The notes below the pieces were generated by a model. The model saw only the letters and a list, made by a program, of their open reading frames with translations. It made no database searches and was not told the origin of the DNA. This document shows positions 25,795 to 39,719 of a DNA stretch of 64,000 nt, one piece after another. Origin of the DNA: Octopus sinensis. Taxonomy: Eukaryota. Numbering within the stretch: the first letter of the stretch is position 1; every line of letters starts with the position of its first letter. A program made the translations under genes and the position numbers. Where the stretch lies: positions 26,907,360 through 26,971,359 of the forward strand of contig NC_043019.1 in NCBI RefSeq assembly GCF_006345805.1, written 5' to 3'.

Positions 25795-26039
25795 TGTGTG
25801 TGTGTGTATATTCTTTTATTTGTTTCAGTCATTTTTACTGTGGCCATGCTGGAGCACTGCCTTAAAGGGTTTCAGTTGAAGAACTCGACCCCCCAGGACT
25901 TACTCTTTGTAAGCCTAGTATTTATTCTATCGGCCTATTTTGCTGAACCGCTAAGTTATGGGATATAAACACATCATCATTGGTTGTCAATCAGTCGGGG
26001 GACAAACACAGAAACACAGACACATACACACACAGATAT

Positions 26040-26086
<47 letters not shown>

Positions 26087-26657
26087 ATACACAACAGCCT
26101 TCTTTCAATTTCCGTCTACCAAATTCACTCACAAAGCTTTGATTGGCCCAAGGCTATAGTAGAAGACACTTCCCCATGGTGCCTTGCAGTGGGACTGAAC
26201 CCAGAACCATATATAAAATAACAAAGGCAGCTATAGACAATATGAAACTGAAAAGGAAAAATTCAATTGTCACTAACTACTTAAGGAATTCCACAGTGTT
26301 AATTGAGATAATAATTATGGATTAAGTAAATGGTAGACAGATTTGGTATTAATCTTTATTTTGTACAGTGATCATTTCAACCCATCTTGTTAACTTGAGT
26401 GGTCAAATAACAACAAGACCATTCCCTAATTCTAGTGGTCAAGGAACAACATGGCTGCCCAAACTCAAGCTCTTTAGCAAGACACCACTTTGTGTAAGAA
26501 TGTATCTGATGTGGCCCAGGATGCAAAAATGAATGCGACACAACGTGATGCATAGAATCCCACCCCTAAGGGACAGAAAGAAGATTGGTTGAAACGATCG
26601 TCGAACAAAATAAAGATTAATACCAAATCCATATTTTTTTTTTTACTTAATCAGTGA

Positions 26658-26706
<49 letters not shown>

Positions 26707-26863
26707 TTAGAGACAAAACCACTATTATGCAAATCAAACAAAGAAAGACTTAATCCAATACATAAAAAATTTTATATAAATTAAATATAATTAAGATATC
26801 CACTACGATCATTTCTTGTCACTTTATATCTTAAAAATATTGATTATATTTTAGGTCTTGAAA

Positions 26864-26909
26864 CCACCTGATGAATGTCCATTGAAGTGACAAGAAACGA
26901 TCGTAGTGG
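26864..26909 (+). ncRNA. Minimal type I hammerhead ribozyme motif
   Basis: ccac-CTGATGA-a tgtc..gaca a-GAAAC-gatc-GTA-gtgg; palindromic stem III ACGATCGT, typical of Penelope-associated hammerheads. Confidence 0.65.
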
Positions 26910-28194
26910 ATATCTTAATTATATTTAATTTATATAAAATTTTTTATGTATTGGATTAAGTCTTTCTTTGTTTGATTTGCATAATAGTGGTTTTGTCTCT
27001 AATTAATATTATATTATATTTTACTATAAAATTGGATTCAATCCTTAATCTGATTTTTCCCTGTAAATTTGGATTTATTCCCTAATATTTATTATTATTA
27101 TATATATATATATATATATATATATCCATGAGTAACAAAGAGTGGACATCTTCACTCAGCTGGGTCCTATTATTATCTGTATAAACTGCAAGAAAATCAT
27201 GTGGCCAGTACTTATGCAAGTCTGATATTTACTGAATATTGTTGAGGATACATGTAACTCAGACCTTGCAAGGTGCCTCAATTCAAGTACCTAACTCAAC
27301 TGAACCCTAATTGTATATATACATATATATATATATATACATATATATATACATATTTATGTCGTCATTTCATTAATATATATCATTCTCATTTTCCCTA
27401 TTTTTTCCTATTTGTCTCTGCTGACGGAATATCCCATACTCGGCTGTAAGACTTCAAATTTTTTCCAATAATAATATTGTATATAATTTGAGATGTTTGC
27501 CTTGCCTTAATGTTTGTTGTCCTCTTTTATAATTCTACATCCGCTGCATCAGAAATCTGCAATGGTTCCATAATTGCAGTCTCGGCTATAACCTTGGAGC
27601 CCCAGTAATCCATTACAGCACTTACCTGGCGTACCTAATCGTTTAGATCACCTGTTAATTAAACTTCCATTCTTTGTATATATATTTATATAAAGACAAC
27701 CTTCAAGCGTGGTCGTTGCCAGTGCCGCTGGACTGGCCCTCGTGCTGATGGCATGTAAAAGCACCCACTACACCCTCAGAGTGGTTGGTATTATGAAGGG
27801 AGGTGAGCTGGTAGAAACGTTAGCTTAGCGGTATTTCGTCTGCTGTTACATTGTGAGTTCAAGTTCTGCCGAGGTCGACTTTGCCTTTCATCCTTTCGGG
27901 GTCGATAAATTAAGTACCAGTTACACCGACTGGGGTCGATGTAATCGACTTAATACCTATGTCTGTCCTTGTTTGTCTCCTCTGTGTTTGGCCCCTTGTG
28001 GGTAATAAAGAAATAGGTATTAGGAAGGGCATCCAGCTGTACAAACTTTGCCAGATCAGATTAGAGCCTGGTCCAGCCTTCTGGCTCATCTGTCCTCAGT
28101 CAAACTGTTACCTTTACAGCAGCGAATCAGCCTCCCCATTTCTTTCAAATTTAAGAACTATAATAGTTCCCTTTAGTAACGCAACTAAGTGTCT

Positions 28195-28251
<57 letters not shown>

Positions 28252-30039
28252 GTCTTGCCAGTGGGTGGCATCATTAGGAAGTACTTGTGATCAGCAATGT
28301 ATAACAACATCTTATAGTCTGGTCGATGATGTGATATATATAATATATGTGTTGTGTGTGTATGTAAATATATATATATATAGTATATATATAATATATA
28401 TATATCTATATATAAAGTTCAGCAAAAATTTAGATTCAAATGAATATGGTACTTAATTCAGATGCACCAGAATTTTGTATGGTGTTATCCATAAAAATCC
28501 GTGGGGTGATTATAATCAAAATAAGCAACAAGAATGACTCCGGTAATTTGGTACGATCGTTTCGTACTACATCATTTCATTAGATGTTGTAAGTAATACT
28601 TTACAACATTTAATAAAATAATGTAGTACGAACGATCGTACCAAATTACCGGAGTCATTCTTGTTGCTTATTTTGAGTATATATATATATATATATATAT
28701 ATGTTTATGCATGCATAAATGCATGTGTTTATGCACGCGTATATATAACCCATGCTAGCATGGAAAACGGACGTTAAACGATGATGATGATGATATCTGC
28801 ATGTTTACATGCTTATATGTATATATGTATGTCTCTAGTGTATGCGTATATCTATTGTTTTTATGTACCTGCATGTATTTTTAACAAAACACATTTTTAA
28901 AAATTTATTTATTTTGTATCACAGTTTGAGAATGTTAACAGCATTAATTACTGGTATTTAATGTGCCAATTACAAGTTCACCGTTTTTCTGATGGCAAGA
29001 ATCGCATGGGAGCGTCTGCAGCTTGGAATGACGTCGGCAATGCACACACACAAACAATGGGCTTCCATGCAGTTTACCTCTGCTACATTTAAATTACAAG
29101 GTATTGGTCAGTTCGAGACTGCCATCTAAGACACTCACCCAAAGTGCCATCCAATGGCATTGAAACCAAAACCATGGGGCTACGAAGCAATCTTCATAAT
29201 GTAACCACACAACCATGCCTGCGCCTATATTTATATATTTGTGTGTGTGTGTGTACGTATGTATGTACATATATGTATGTGTATGTATGTGTGTGTATAT
29301 ATGTATGTGTGTATATATGTATGTGTGTATATATGTATGTGTATGTATGTTTGTATATATGTATGTGTATGTATGTGTGTATATATGTATGTGTGTATGT
29401 GTATGTATGTATGTACATATATATATGTGTGTATATATGTATGTGTATGTATGTGTGTGTATGTGTATGTATGTGTATGTATGTGTGTATATATGTATGT
29501 ATATGCATGTGTAGATATGTGTGTGTATATGCATACATATTACCATATGTGTGTGTGTATGTCTGTTTATATGTATGTCACACTCACTTTCTATCTGTAT
29601 GTCTGTCTCTGTCCCACTGTATATATATTTGTGTATGTGTGTACATATATGTATGTGTGTGTGTATATATTTGTTGTGTATATAGTGTGTGTGTATGTAT
29701 ATGTCTGCATATATATTTGTATATATACTTATGTATTTTTGGAATGTATCTCTCTCTTTCTCTCTTGATATATATATATATATATTTATATATACACATA
29801 TGTATATATGTATGTATATACATAGATACTTTTAAAGAACGGTGAGTCTTGAAGTAAATAAAGCTATAAGTAACAGTGTGTAAATTTGGGTTTAAAATGG
29901 CAGCCTTCAACTTTTTCTATTCAAACGGGTTTTTCGACCCAATATTTACATGTTATTATTTATAGCATTATGTGCCTCAAGGTCCACTTCTTCAAAAAAC
30001 AATTACACACACACACACACATATATATATACATACATA

Positions 30040-30272
30040 CAGCATTGGTCAAAAGTCACCTGGCAGTAAATCAAAACTGTTTAATTCCAAGATTTATTTA
30101 TGTTTAACAAGTTAACAAGACTTCGCTAATAAATAGACAAATGTTGAAGAAAATGGTGATTTTAATTACCAGCATTCAATTAAACATTCATAATTGGAAT
30201 GAATAAATGAAATTGAATTTTAAGTATTTATGGAATTTTGATTTACTGTTGGGTGACTTTTGGCCAACCCTG
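30040..30272. mobile_element. Tc1/mariner-type MITE
   Basis: TIRs cagcattggtcaaaagtcacc / ggtgacttttggccaaccctg, flanked by TA. Confidence 0.65.
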
Positions 30273-30657
30273 TATATGTATATATATATATATATATTTA
30301 ACCGTCCAGCCCGTGCTAGCACAGAAAACGGACGTTAAACGATGATGATGATGATATATATATATATATATATATATCTCCTTAAATCCTTAAAAATGTT
30401 TTAGCCCGAAGGCCACGGCCATGCTGGGGCACCACCGCTGTATATGAATGTATATATGTATATGAATGGTTGTTTTTATGTTTGGTTATACTAAAAACAA
30501 TTTTACATTAATCAATTAATTTGATGGGTTACTCTATCCTTTATTATTCTTATACGAGAATTTTATTGGCAGTGACTCCAAAGTTTCGATCAGCTAAGCC
30601 TTTGTCGGACTGCAGTGAGACTGGCTTAGCTGGGCAACTATCAATAAGATTCTTGTT

Positions 30658-30690
<33 letters not shown>

Positions 30691-30699
30691 TCCTGATCA

Positions 30700-30995
30700 G
30701 GAATAGGAACTGGAGTGAAGGACATTGTCGCAGAATACCACCGCACAGAGATGTGATTGGCCTGTCACGTCGCAAGGTTCACAGACAGACGGTGAATCAA
30801 TCCGTGCAGTTGCCGAGTGGTACCAGCGCAAATGGAAGAAATCACTCGAAGATCTCCTATCAGTGAGGACGATGACTTAAGAAAGGTGTTTGGAACAAGA
30901 TGGAGGAGAAATGGTGAGAGACTGAACACAATGGAGCAAATGCTGTGGCCAGCAGATCTGACTTGGCACCGGACAGCCTGGCCGACCCAGGCAAT
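30700..30995 (+). mobile_element. RTE-like LINE 3' coding remnant
   Basis: ...DDDLRKVFGTRW... preceded by a degenerate W.GHV.R / RxxGR.. context. Confidence 0.45.
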
Positions 30996-31198
30996 GTATA
31001 TATACATACACATATATATATATATATATACATATATATACCGGAGTAAACACATAAATGTGAAACAAGGTGGAAAAAAGAGTACTCAAATACCAGTGGT
31101 AGAGTAATATACTTTATTTAAAGCAGCAGAAAATTGAACAAAACTTGTTACTCTGAGTTTCGCGTTCCCGTTTGTCGGACAGTTTTTGCTAGAAAAAA

Positions 31199-31236
31199 CT
31201 GTCTGACGAATGGGAACGTGAAACTCCGAGTAACAA
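31199..31236 (+). ncRNA. Minimal hammerhead ribozyme motif
   Basis: ctgt-CTGACGA-atgggaacgt-GAAAC-tccga-GTA-aca. Confidence 0.5.
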
Positions 31237-32523
31237 GTTTTGTTGAATTTTCTGCTGCTTTAAATAAAGTATATATATACATATATATATATCTATAATA
31301 TATATATATATATATATATAAATTTATAAATAAGGATAATATCGATATTAAATATCGATATTATCAAGTGGCCAGCATGGGAATAAATACCATACAAAGG
31401 TAATAATTTTTTACAACTATAAATAAGGGTGTCTGAGAGACACCACCATGCCGAAATAGCAGTCAAACCCTGACTTTAAAAACCACCTAAAAAGTTCATA
31501 TCGCACCATGAGATAAGACAGAGAGACAAAATATACTAGCAAAAAGATATTACTGGATAACTTTTTAGGTGGTTTTTAGAGTCAGGGTTTGACTGCTATT
31601 TCGGCATAGTGGTGCCTCTCAGATACATATATATATATATATAATATATATTATTGACTATATATATTATATATTATAGTTATATATGTATTATTGACTA
31701 TATATATATATATATATATACATATCTGTAAATTAATATGTTACCATTATTCAATAGCCAAGATAAAACTCTGAGTTTCGGATGCCGAAGTGGAAATCCA
31801 CAACACCATGGCCAGATAACCAAGGAGATGGTGTTGTGGATTTCCACCTCGGCATCCGAAACTCAGAGTTTTATCTTGGCTATTGAATAATGGTAACATA
31901 TTAATTTACAGATAAATTTCCTCTATTTACATAATATTGAGGTCGCTTTCTTTCTTTTGTTATCTTACCGTTTTTACCAATATATATATATATATATACA
32001 TATATATAAAAAGAGAGAGAGAGAGTGAGGAACGTGTGTAGTGTTTGTTTAATAATTTATTGTTCTTTTTACAGTCTATGGCGTTTCCATGGTGACAATT
32101 TGTTGACATTCTATTATTTCATTTTTTGACATTTTATAACATTCATAAAGACCCTATGAGCTTTACATTACATTCTACACCATTCTTTGAGGCGTTCTAT
32201 TACATTCTATGATATTCTGTGATATATCTTTCTATTACACCCTATGCTATTATATTACATTCTATGACAATCTATGGCGTTCTGTTATGTTCAATCATGC
32301 TTTTACTATGTTCTCTTTTACGCTTTTACTTGTTTCAGTCATTTGACTGCGGCCATGCTGGAGCACCGCCTTTAGTCGAGCAAATCGACCTCAGGACTTA
32401 TTCTTTGTAAGCCTAGTACTTATTCTATCGGTGTCTTTTGCCGAACTGCTAAGTTACGGGGACGTAAACACACCAGCATCAAGCGAGGATTGGGGGACAA
32501 ATACAGACACAGATACACACATG

Positions 32524-32557
<34 letters not shown>

Positions 32558-32875
32558 TATATATAATTATATATATATATATATGAGAACAAAGTGTACG
32601 TACGCCGTTTGCATTCTTGTCCCATTTTGTATTTTATATATATATATATATATAACGGGAAGGTTTACGAAAATAAACAAAAGACGAAGGCAGGTGGAGT
32701 ACAAACAAACAAATGTATTAGTATGGCGCTCAGGAATAGAAATAGAACAAGTCTTTTATGTTTCGAGCCTATGCTCTTCGACAGAAAGATACACAGAAAA
32801 GAAACAAGGAGAGAAAAATTGTGTGTAGGAGCTAATGGTCTATCATGGCGTTATATATATATATATATACACATA

Positions 32876-32906
<31 letters not shown>

Positions 32907-33723
32907 GATGGGCTTCTTTCAGTTTCCGTCTACCAAATCCACTCACAAGGCTTTGGTTGGCCCAAGGCTATAGTAGAAGACACTTGCCCAAGGTGCCATG
33001 CAGTGGGACTGAACCTAGAATCATGTGGTTGTTAAGCAAGCTACTTACCACACAGCCACTACAATGCCTCGTAATTAACTGTACAGAAAGGAGCAGCTCA
33101 GTTGGTAAGGGGCCAAAATCTTTGTTATTTCCAGTTGACATTGCAGGAAAGAAACGTGCTTCCTTTCAGTCCAACCGGAATGTGAAATTGCGATTCGTGC
33201 TCACACGCACACACAAAAGAGATATATTTTCATACTAGTAGGAATATAAGAAAGTTGATTAATGAGCTGAAAGTGCAGCTAACTCTTAAAATAAATGGTA
33301 GTTTTCTTTTTAAATACTTTTTTTAAAAGTTCATTTGAACTAAAACACCAGTTTGAAACCTGTCTTATAATTTAAGGAAAAAATTCAAAAATTTCAAAAA
33401 CTTCAAATAAAACTCAGCTTCATTTAGAGACCCAGGTGTCTTTCCAGCCCTTGAATCAATTCTCTTACATATATATATATATCACCGTGACCGACCAGGC
33501 TATCAGATGTCGCTACACATCGCTGGTCACAATGCGCTTCGCATTGTTTTAGCCTTCAAAAGACACCACCCCGCTGGCTAAGCATGCAGGCCAAGAGAAG
33601 AAAGAGTAAGAGAAAGTTGTGGTGAAAGAGTACAGCAGGGGTCGCCGCCACCCCTGCCGGAGCCTCGTGGAGCTTTAGGTGCTTTCGCTCAATAAACATT
33701 CACAACACCTGGTCTGGGAATTG

Positions 33724-33763
<40 letters not shown>

Positions 33764-33769
33764 AAATCA

Positions 33770-34210
33770 CAGTCAAATGGAAATTGTAGTTTCGGTCCCA
33801 GAGCTGGTGGCATGTAAAAAGCACCATCCAAATGTGGCTGATGCCAGCCCCCCTACCTTGATTGGCTTCTGTGCCAGTGGCACGTAGAAAGCACCGTCAG
33901 AATGTGGCTGATGCCAGCACCGCCTTGACTGGCTTCCCTGCTGGTGGCACGTAGAAAGCTCCATCCGATTGTGGTCGATGCCTGGCCCCTCTGCTGGTGG
34001 CACGTAAAAGCACCCACTACACTCCTGGAGTTGTTCGCATTAGGAAGGGCATCCAGCTGTAGAAACTCTGCCAAATCAGATTGGTGCAGCTGTAGAAACC
34101 TTGCCAAATCAGATTGGGGCCTGGTGCAGCCTCCTGGCTTTCCAGACCCCAGTCGAACCGTCTAACCCATGCAGCATGGAAAACGGACATTAAACAATGA
34201 TGATGATGAT
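33770..34210 (+). mobile_element. RTE-associated 3' UTR with short tandem units and (GAT)n tail
   Basis: Repeated gtggcacgta(g/a)aaagcacc units, same as 21000-21200. Confidence 0.65.
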
Positions 34211-34711
34211 ACAACAAGAAATAATATTTGTCTCTTTTTACAGAAACAAAAAGGGTTTATAGGACTGCAAAAGAAAGGCTCAAATATAGATGAGACGAAG
34301 ATAAGGAAGCATTGTTTATAGAACAAACATTAAATTTGGGTCAACGACTTTACATAGAACCACCACCCCTCAAACATTTAATGATATATAAAAATCACCA
34401 TGGTTCCCATACACATAAATCAATGTATATGTATTATATTAATGTGTTTGGGAACCATGGTGATTTTTATATATGATTAAATGTTGTTCTATGTGAAGTT
34501 GTTGACCCAAATTTAATGTTTGTTCTATAACAAATGCTTCCTTATATATATGTATATACTGGAGTAAACACATAAATGTGAAACAAGGTGGAAAAAAGAG
34601 TACTCAAATACCAGTGGTAGAGTAATATGCTTTATTTAAAGCAGCAGAAAATTCACAAAACCTGTTAATCTGAGTTTCCCGTTGCCGTTCATCGGACAGT
34701 TTTTGAAAAAA

Positions 34712-34748
34712 CTGTCCGATGAACGGCAACGGAAACTCAGAGTAACAG
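34712..34748 (+). ncRNA. Minimal hammerhead motif (CCGATGA core variant)
   Basis: ctgt-CCGATGA-acggcaacg-GAAAC-tcaga-GTA-acag; a reverse-complement copy lies in the opposite arm. Confidence 0.45.
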
Positions 34749-35734
34749 GTTTTGTTTAATTTTCCTGCTGTTTAAATAAAGTATATATATATAGATATAT
34801 ATATATATAGTATATATATATAATATAATGTGTGTGTGTGTGTGTGTCTCTATGTGTGTGTGTGTTTGAATGATCAAGTATAATACTGACAGGGTTGTTG
34901 TATGTCTTAGGGTACCTAAAGGTTGTGGTTTTAAATTTTCCCTCCATGAACCCTGTGTAGCAATTTGGTCTCTGTTCAGCCAGTGCCATAGTTTGCTGTT
35001 ACATGTGCCTCATAAACAAAGGAGGATATATTATGCTGTTGGGGACATTTAGATTTATCTTTGCATGTGTATCCATGGCTGTTTTTTTTTAATGCGACGT
35101 CACCGGTGCCGAGCTGTATCAGCCCCTTTGCCTTTCCCTTGGATAACATCAGTGGTGTGGAGAGGGGGAGGCTGGTATGTATGAGCGACTGCTGGTCTTC
35201 CATAAGCAATATTACCCAGACATGTGCCTTGGAAGGGAACTTTCTAGGTGTAATCCCCTTGGTCATTCATGACCGAAGGGGGTCTTTACCCTTTTGCCTT
35301 TTTGATAAGGGTACACCAGGCACATGCATCACAACCATATGTGCACGACATGGTGATCTCATATCAAGATAAACAGCACATGACCTTGCAGGTGGGGGCC
35401 CAGTTAGAATTTTCTTCAGTTTGAGTAACCCATCTCGCTCAAAAGGTCCCTGAATAAGGGTTGTTTAAGGATGTTGAACGAAACACCCATGTTTCCAGAG
35501 GTGAATTATTCAAACCCCAAAGAATCCCTCTCAACACATGGCTATGATGCTCCCCAACTACTTCGGCTCGTGATCAGAGATGCACATATCGTCAGCCACT
35601 AAGGGCCATTCTCAACTGGTTAAAAAAAAGAACACACACGCGCACACAGAGACGCAGTAAAGGAACAGTAGATTGGGGGCATTAGCTTTGCTCTCAGGTA
35701 AAATGGAAGAAGTATTCTACGTGAGGAAAGAGGG

Positions 35735-36147
35735 ATATTTTCGGTTTGAACGGCAGTTTTTCCTAGCGGTGTCATATGAAATTGTCACCCATAATTATGA
35801 CCCTAGTATCAATCAATTGCATTTCAATTTGTTTTAGGGTTAGGGCTAGGGGTGGGGGAAAAGGGTATATTTTTTTCTTCAGAAATGTAAATAAACCCAA
35901 TCTGTTTCTTAAACGAGGGACATATTCATACGGCACAGAATGTTTTCACCTCAATAGACGTCATTGATTGGTTGAAATTGCAGAAACTGAAGAAAAAAAA
36001 CAACAAATATCTTACAAACTATAGAATTTTCTCAATAAAGCCAAGAGAAAAATATGTTTTATAAACACATTCTACCAGTATACGAAGTAGAAAATTTTTT
36101 AGTTACGGGGAAATTATTTTTAAAAACTGCCGCTCAAACCGAAAAGT
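35735..36147. mobile_element. MITE-like element
   Basis: Terminal inverted repeats ttttcggtttgaacggcagttt / aaactgccgctcaaaccgaaaa. Confidence 0.5.
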
Positions 36148-36469
36148 AACTGCTTTCCATATATAACAGTTATTATTATTTTTATGATTAAAGGCCAGTT
36201 ATTTCAGACTTACGATTTGTAGGTTAAATCAATTGTAGTACTCGACTAGTACTGCTAAGATGACCTGGCTGTGATTTGAACTCAGAATGTAAAAACTTGA
36301 ACAAATACCATAAGGTATTTACTTTTTCTTACTCTCTTCCAAAAATATATAAAAATGTTCAGATCGTTTTAAAATACGTTTCTGGGTTTTAAAAGAGTGG
36401 TCTCCCCTGGCACTGAGTTATCTCCCTTGTCCTTGTTTTAGTATTCTTCTCTGTTCTAGGCATAAGGAC

Positions 36470-37235
36470 CGAAATTTTTGAGAAGGCGTCCAGTCGATTA
36501 GATCGACCTCACTTCGCTACTGGTACTTAATTATCGATCCTGAAAGGATGAAAGGCAAAGTCGACATCGGCGGAATTTGAACTCAGAACGTAAAGACAGA
36601 CGAAATACTGCTAAGCATTTCGCCCGGCGTGCTAACGTTTCTTATTTCTTTATTGCCCACAAGGGGCTAAACACAGAGAGGACAAACAAGGACAGACAAA
36701 CGGATTAAGTCGATTATATTGACTCTCGTGCGTAACTGGTACTTATTTAATCGACCCCGAAAGGATGAAAGACAAAGTCGACCTCGGCGGAATTTGAACT
36801 CAGAACGCAACGGCAGAGGAAATACCTATTTCTTTACTACCCACAAGGGGCTAAACACAGAGAGGACAAACAGGGACAGACAAACAGATTAAGTCGATTA
36901 TATCGACTCCAGTGTGTAACTGGTACTCATTCAATCGATCCCGAAAGGATGAAAGGCAAAGTCAACCTCGGCGGAATTTGAACTCAGAACGTAACGGCAG
37001 ACGAAATACCGCTAAACATTTCGCCCAGCGTGCTAATGTTTCTTATTTCTTTATAATCCACAAAAGCAATAAATTCCATCGACCCCAGTGCGTAACTGGT
37101 ACTTAATTTATCGACCACGAAAGGATGAAAGGCAAAGTCGATCTCGGCGGAATTTGAACTCAGAACGTAACGGCAGACGAAATACCACTCAGCATTTCGC
37201 CCAGCGTGCTAACGTTTCTGCCAACTCGCCGCCTT
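36470..37235 (-). mobile_element. Head-to-tail cluster of ~4 SINE B copies
   Basis: aaggatgaaag(g/a)caaagtc(g/a)a..tcggcggaatttgaactcagaacg repeated at ~36545, 36765, 36945, 37125. Confidence 0.8.
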
Positions 37236-37551
37236 TATTTGTTTATATATTGAAGTTCTAATTTCAAATTCTGCTGGAGTTACCTTCGCATTCCATTCTT
37301 TCAGTAACGTCCAACTCAATACCAGTCATGTTCTGAGGTCCATGCAATAGACTCTCGTTCCCCTCTGATTAAAATTATTATTATTATTTTATTATATAAT
37401 TGTGTGTTATTGTTTTATGTATATATGAGTCGGGGTTAACCACAGTAAATAAGGTACTCAATACATAGCAGAGTAAATTAATTTATTATATAGAAGGAGC
37501 TTCTACAGGACTAGAACTGTTTCATTCAAAAGAAATCATCAGGAAGCATCA

Positions 37552-37604
37552 GAGCTTCCTGATGATTTCTTTTGAATGAAACAGTTCTAGTCCTGTAGAA
37601 GCTC
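37552..37604 (+). ncRNA. Type I hammerhead ribozyme motif
   Basis: gagcttc-CTGATGA-t ttc tttt gaa t-GAA-ACAG ttctagtc CTGT-A-gaagctc: 7-bp stem I, 4-bp stem III, GUA triplet. Confidence 0.65.
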
Positions 37605-37614
37605 CTTCTATATA

Positions 37615-37741
<127 letters not shown>

Positions 37742-38629
37742 GTGTGTGTGTGTGTGTGGTGTGTGTGTGTTCTTTTATTCTTTCTCTTGTTTCAGTCATT
37801 TGACTGCGGCCACGCTGGAGCACCGCCTTTAGTCGAACAAATCGACCCCAGGACTTATTCTTTGTAAGCCTACTACTTATTCTATCGGTCTATTTTGCCG
37901 AACCGCTATATTACAGAGACGTAAACACACCAGCATCGGTTGTCAAGCGATGGTTGGAGGACAAACACAGACATACAAATACATACAAAGATATATACGA
38001 CGGGCTTCTTTCATTCCGCCTACACAATCCACTCCCAAGGATTTGGTCGGCCCGAGGCTATAGCAGAAGACACTTGCCCAAGGTGCCATACAGTGGGACT
38101 GAACCCAGGACCATGTGGTTGGTAAGCAAGCTACTTACCACACAGCCACTTCTGCACCCATACGTTCTTTTTCCTCTTTTTAAGTTTAGAATAAACTTTG
38201 AACAACCACCTATTTGGTAGCGAAGCTGCGAAGGAAAATATCTTGTTTGAACCATCACCCTTTAAAGCCTTGCAGATTTTTATAGTTCCAGATATCGTGA
38301 TCATTTGTAGCATTAAGGATCTGCGTTCTCTCCCCAAGATCCCAAGTTTAGCCATACTTTGCTCCAGAGGGGGTTGGTGTGTATCCTGTTGCTCCAGGAT
38401 ACATACAAATCCTGTATGAAGGTGTATCTTGGGTATTGGACTTGCAAACTCATTAGCAATGGTCCATTATGTATGTATGTATGTATGTATTATGTATGTA
38501 TGTATGTATGTATGTACGTCATTAAGATTGCTAGCCAATAGCGAAAGAGCCGGTTTCTAACCTAGATCCAAGACTCCATTAGAATATCAAAAACATCAAC
38601 AGGGTATGTTGTATGTATGTATGTATGTA

Positions 38630-38661
<32 letters not shown>

Positions 38662-39719
38662 GTGTGTATGTATGTATGTATGTGGGCAGATTTGTTTGTG
38701 CTATTTTATGTATGTCTCTTCATGCATATTATTGCATATCTAGACATGCTCATATATACTTTAATGATAAACAGATTTTTACAGTTCCACTGATGGATTG
38801 GATCTGTAGTCTTCGAATCAGCTTTCTCCTATCTGGTTTTGCGGAGTCTAGTTTCTCAAGATTGGTGTGTGTGTGTGTGTGTGTGTACATATAAATGGGT
38901 GCAAGCATTGAAATCATTGTATATATAAATCTTATTACATGGTAAACTTCGTTAATGTTTTATATGTTTTGACAATTCATATCTGTAATTTTCTCATTAC
39001 CGTATTTCCCGGCCTGTATTTTCAATGTAGCGTATAGTGCAAAAATTTTCCCAAACCCTGCAGCATTTCACATGGAAGTTTTGGCCCTCTATGTCTTGGT
39101 GTATAAGTCAACCTACCTTGTTTAGCTGTAAATTTTGCTTTGAAAAATTCGATTTGTTTTCCAGAAAATACGGTAGGCGTTTTCTTTCTGGTATTGTGAA
39201 TCCCAACTTCTTACGCTTCATACTAATGTCGTTAATCACGTAATTAAATGTCCCACTAATTAATGGTAGAAATCTAAGTTCATATTCAGGATGGAGTAAT
39301 CTTCATGTTTTGTGTTTGCAATAATCGAGGCTGAATTTAATAAACTTGGTAAACAGCTGAACAATATTCTGATTTCATCAGCAGTGTAGGGAGCTTTACT
39401 GTAGACTGACTGTTAATAATATATAATTCTTTTTTCTTTATACTATTGGCACAAAGACTGAAATTTTGGATGTAGGGGCTTTCCGATTACATCGACCCCA
39501 GTGCTCGTCCGGTATTATTTTATCGATCACAAAAAAAAAAAATGGAAGTCACAATCGATCCTGGCGGAATTTGAACTCAGAACGTGCAGTCGAAAAGAAA
39601 TGCCACCAAACACTTTGTCCTGCATACTAGCGATTCTACCTGCTCGCCACCTTCCCCAGGAAAATAATAACCTTTTTCCATTATAGTTACAGGCCTGAGA
39701 TTTCGCGGGAGGGAGCTAG

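Noticed and set aside
27623-27636. cacttacctggcgta, similar to the U1 snRNA 5' end
   Set aside because: Only ~12 nt match, and the downstream sequence does not follow U1.
38198-38419. ORF containing DLRSL...CSRGG, reminiscent of paralogue 2 DIRSL...CSRGG
   Set aside because: Spacing differs, there are no HW or DS motifs and no nucleotide similarity; judged coincidental.
39050-39215. Minus-strand RKKTPTVFSGKQIEFFKAKF, resembling homeodomain helix 1
   Set aside because: No WFxNRR helix 3, and an upstream in-frame stop; too weak.
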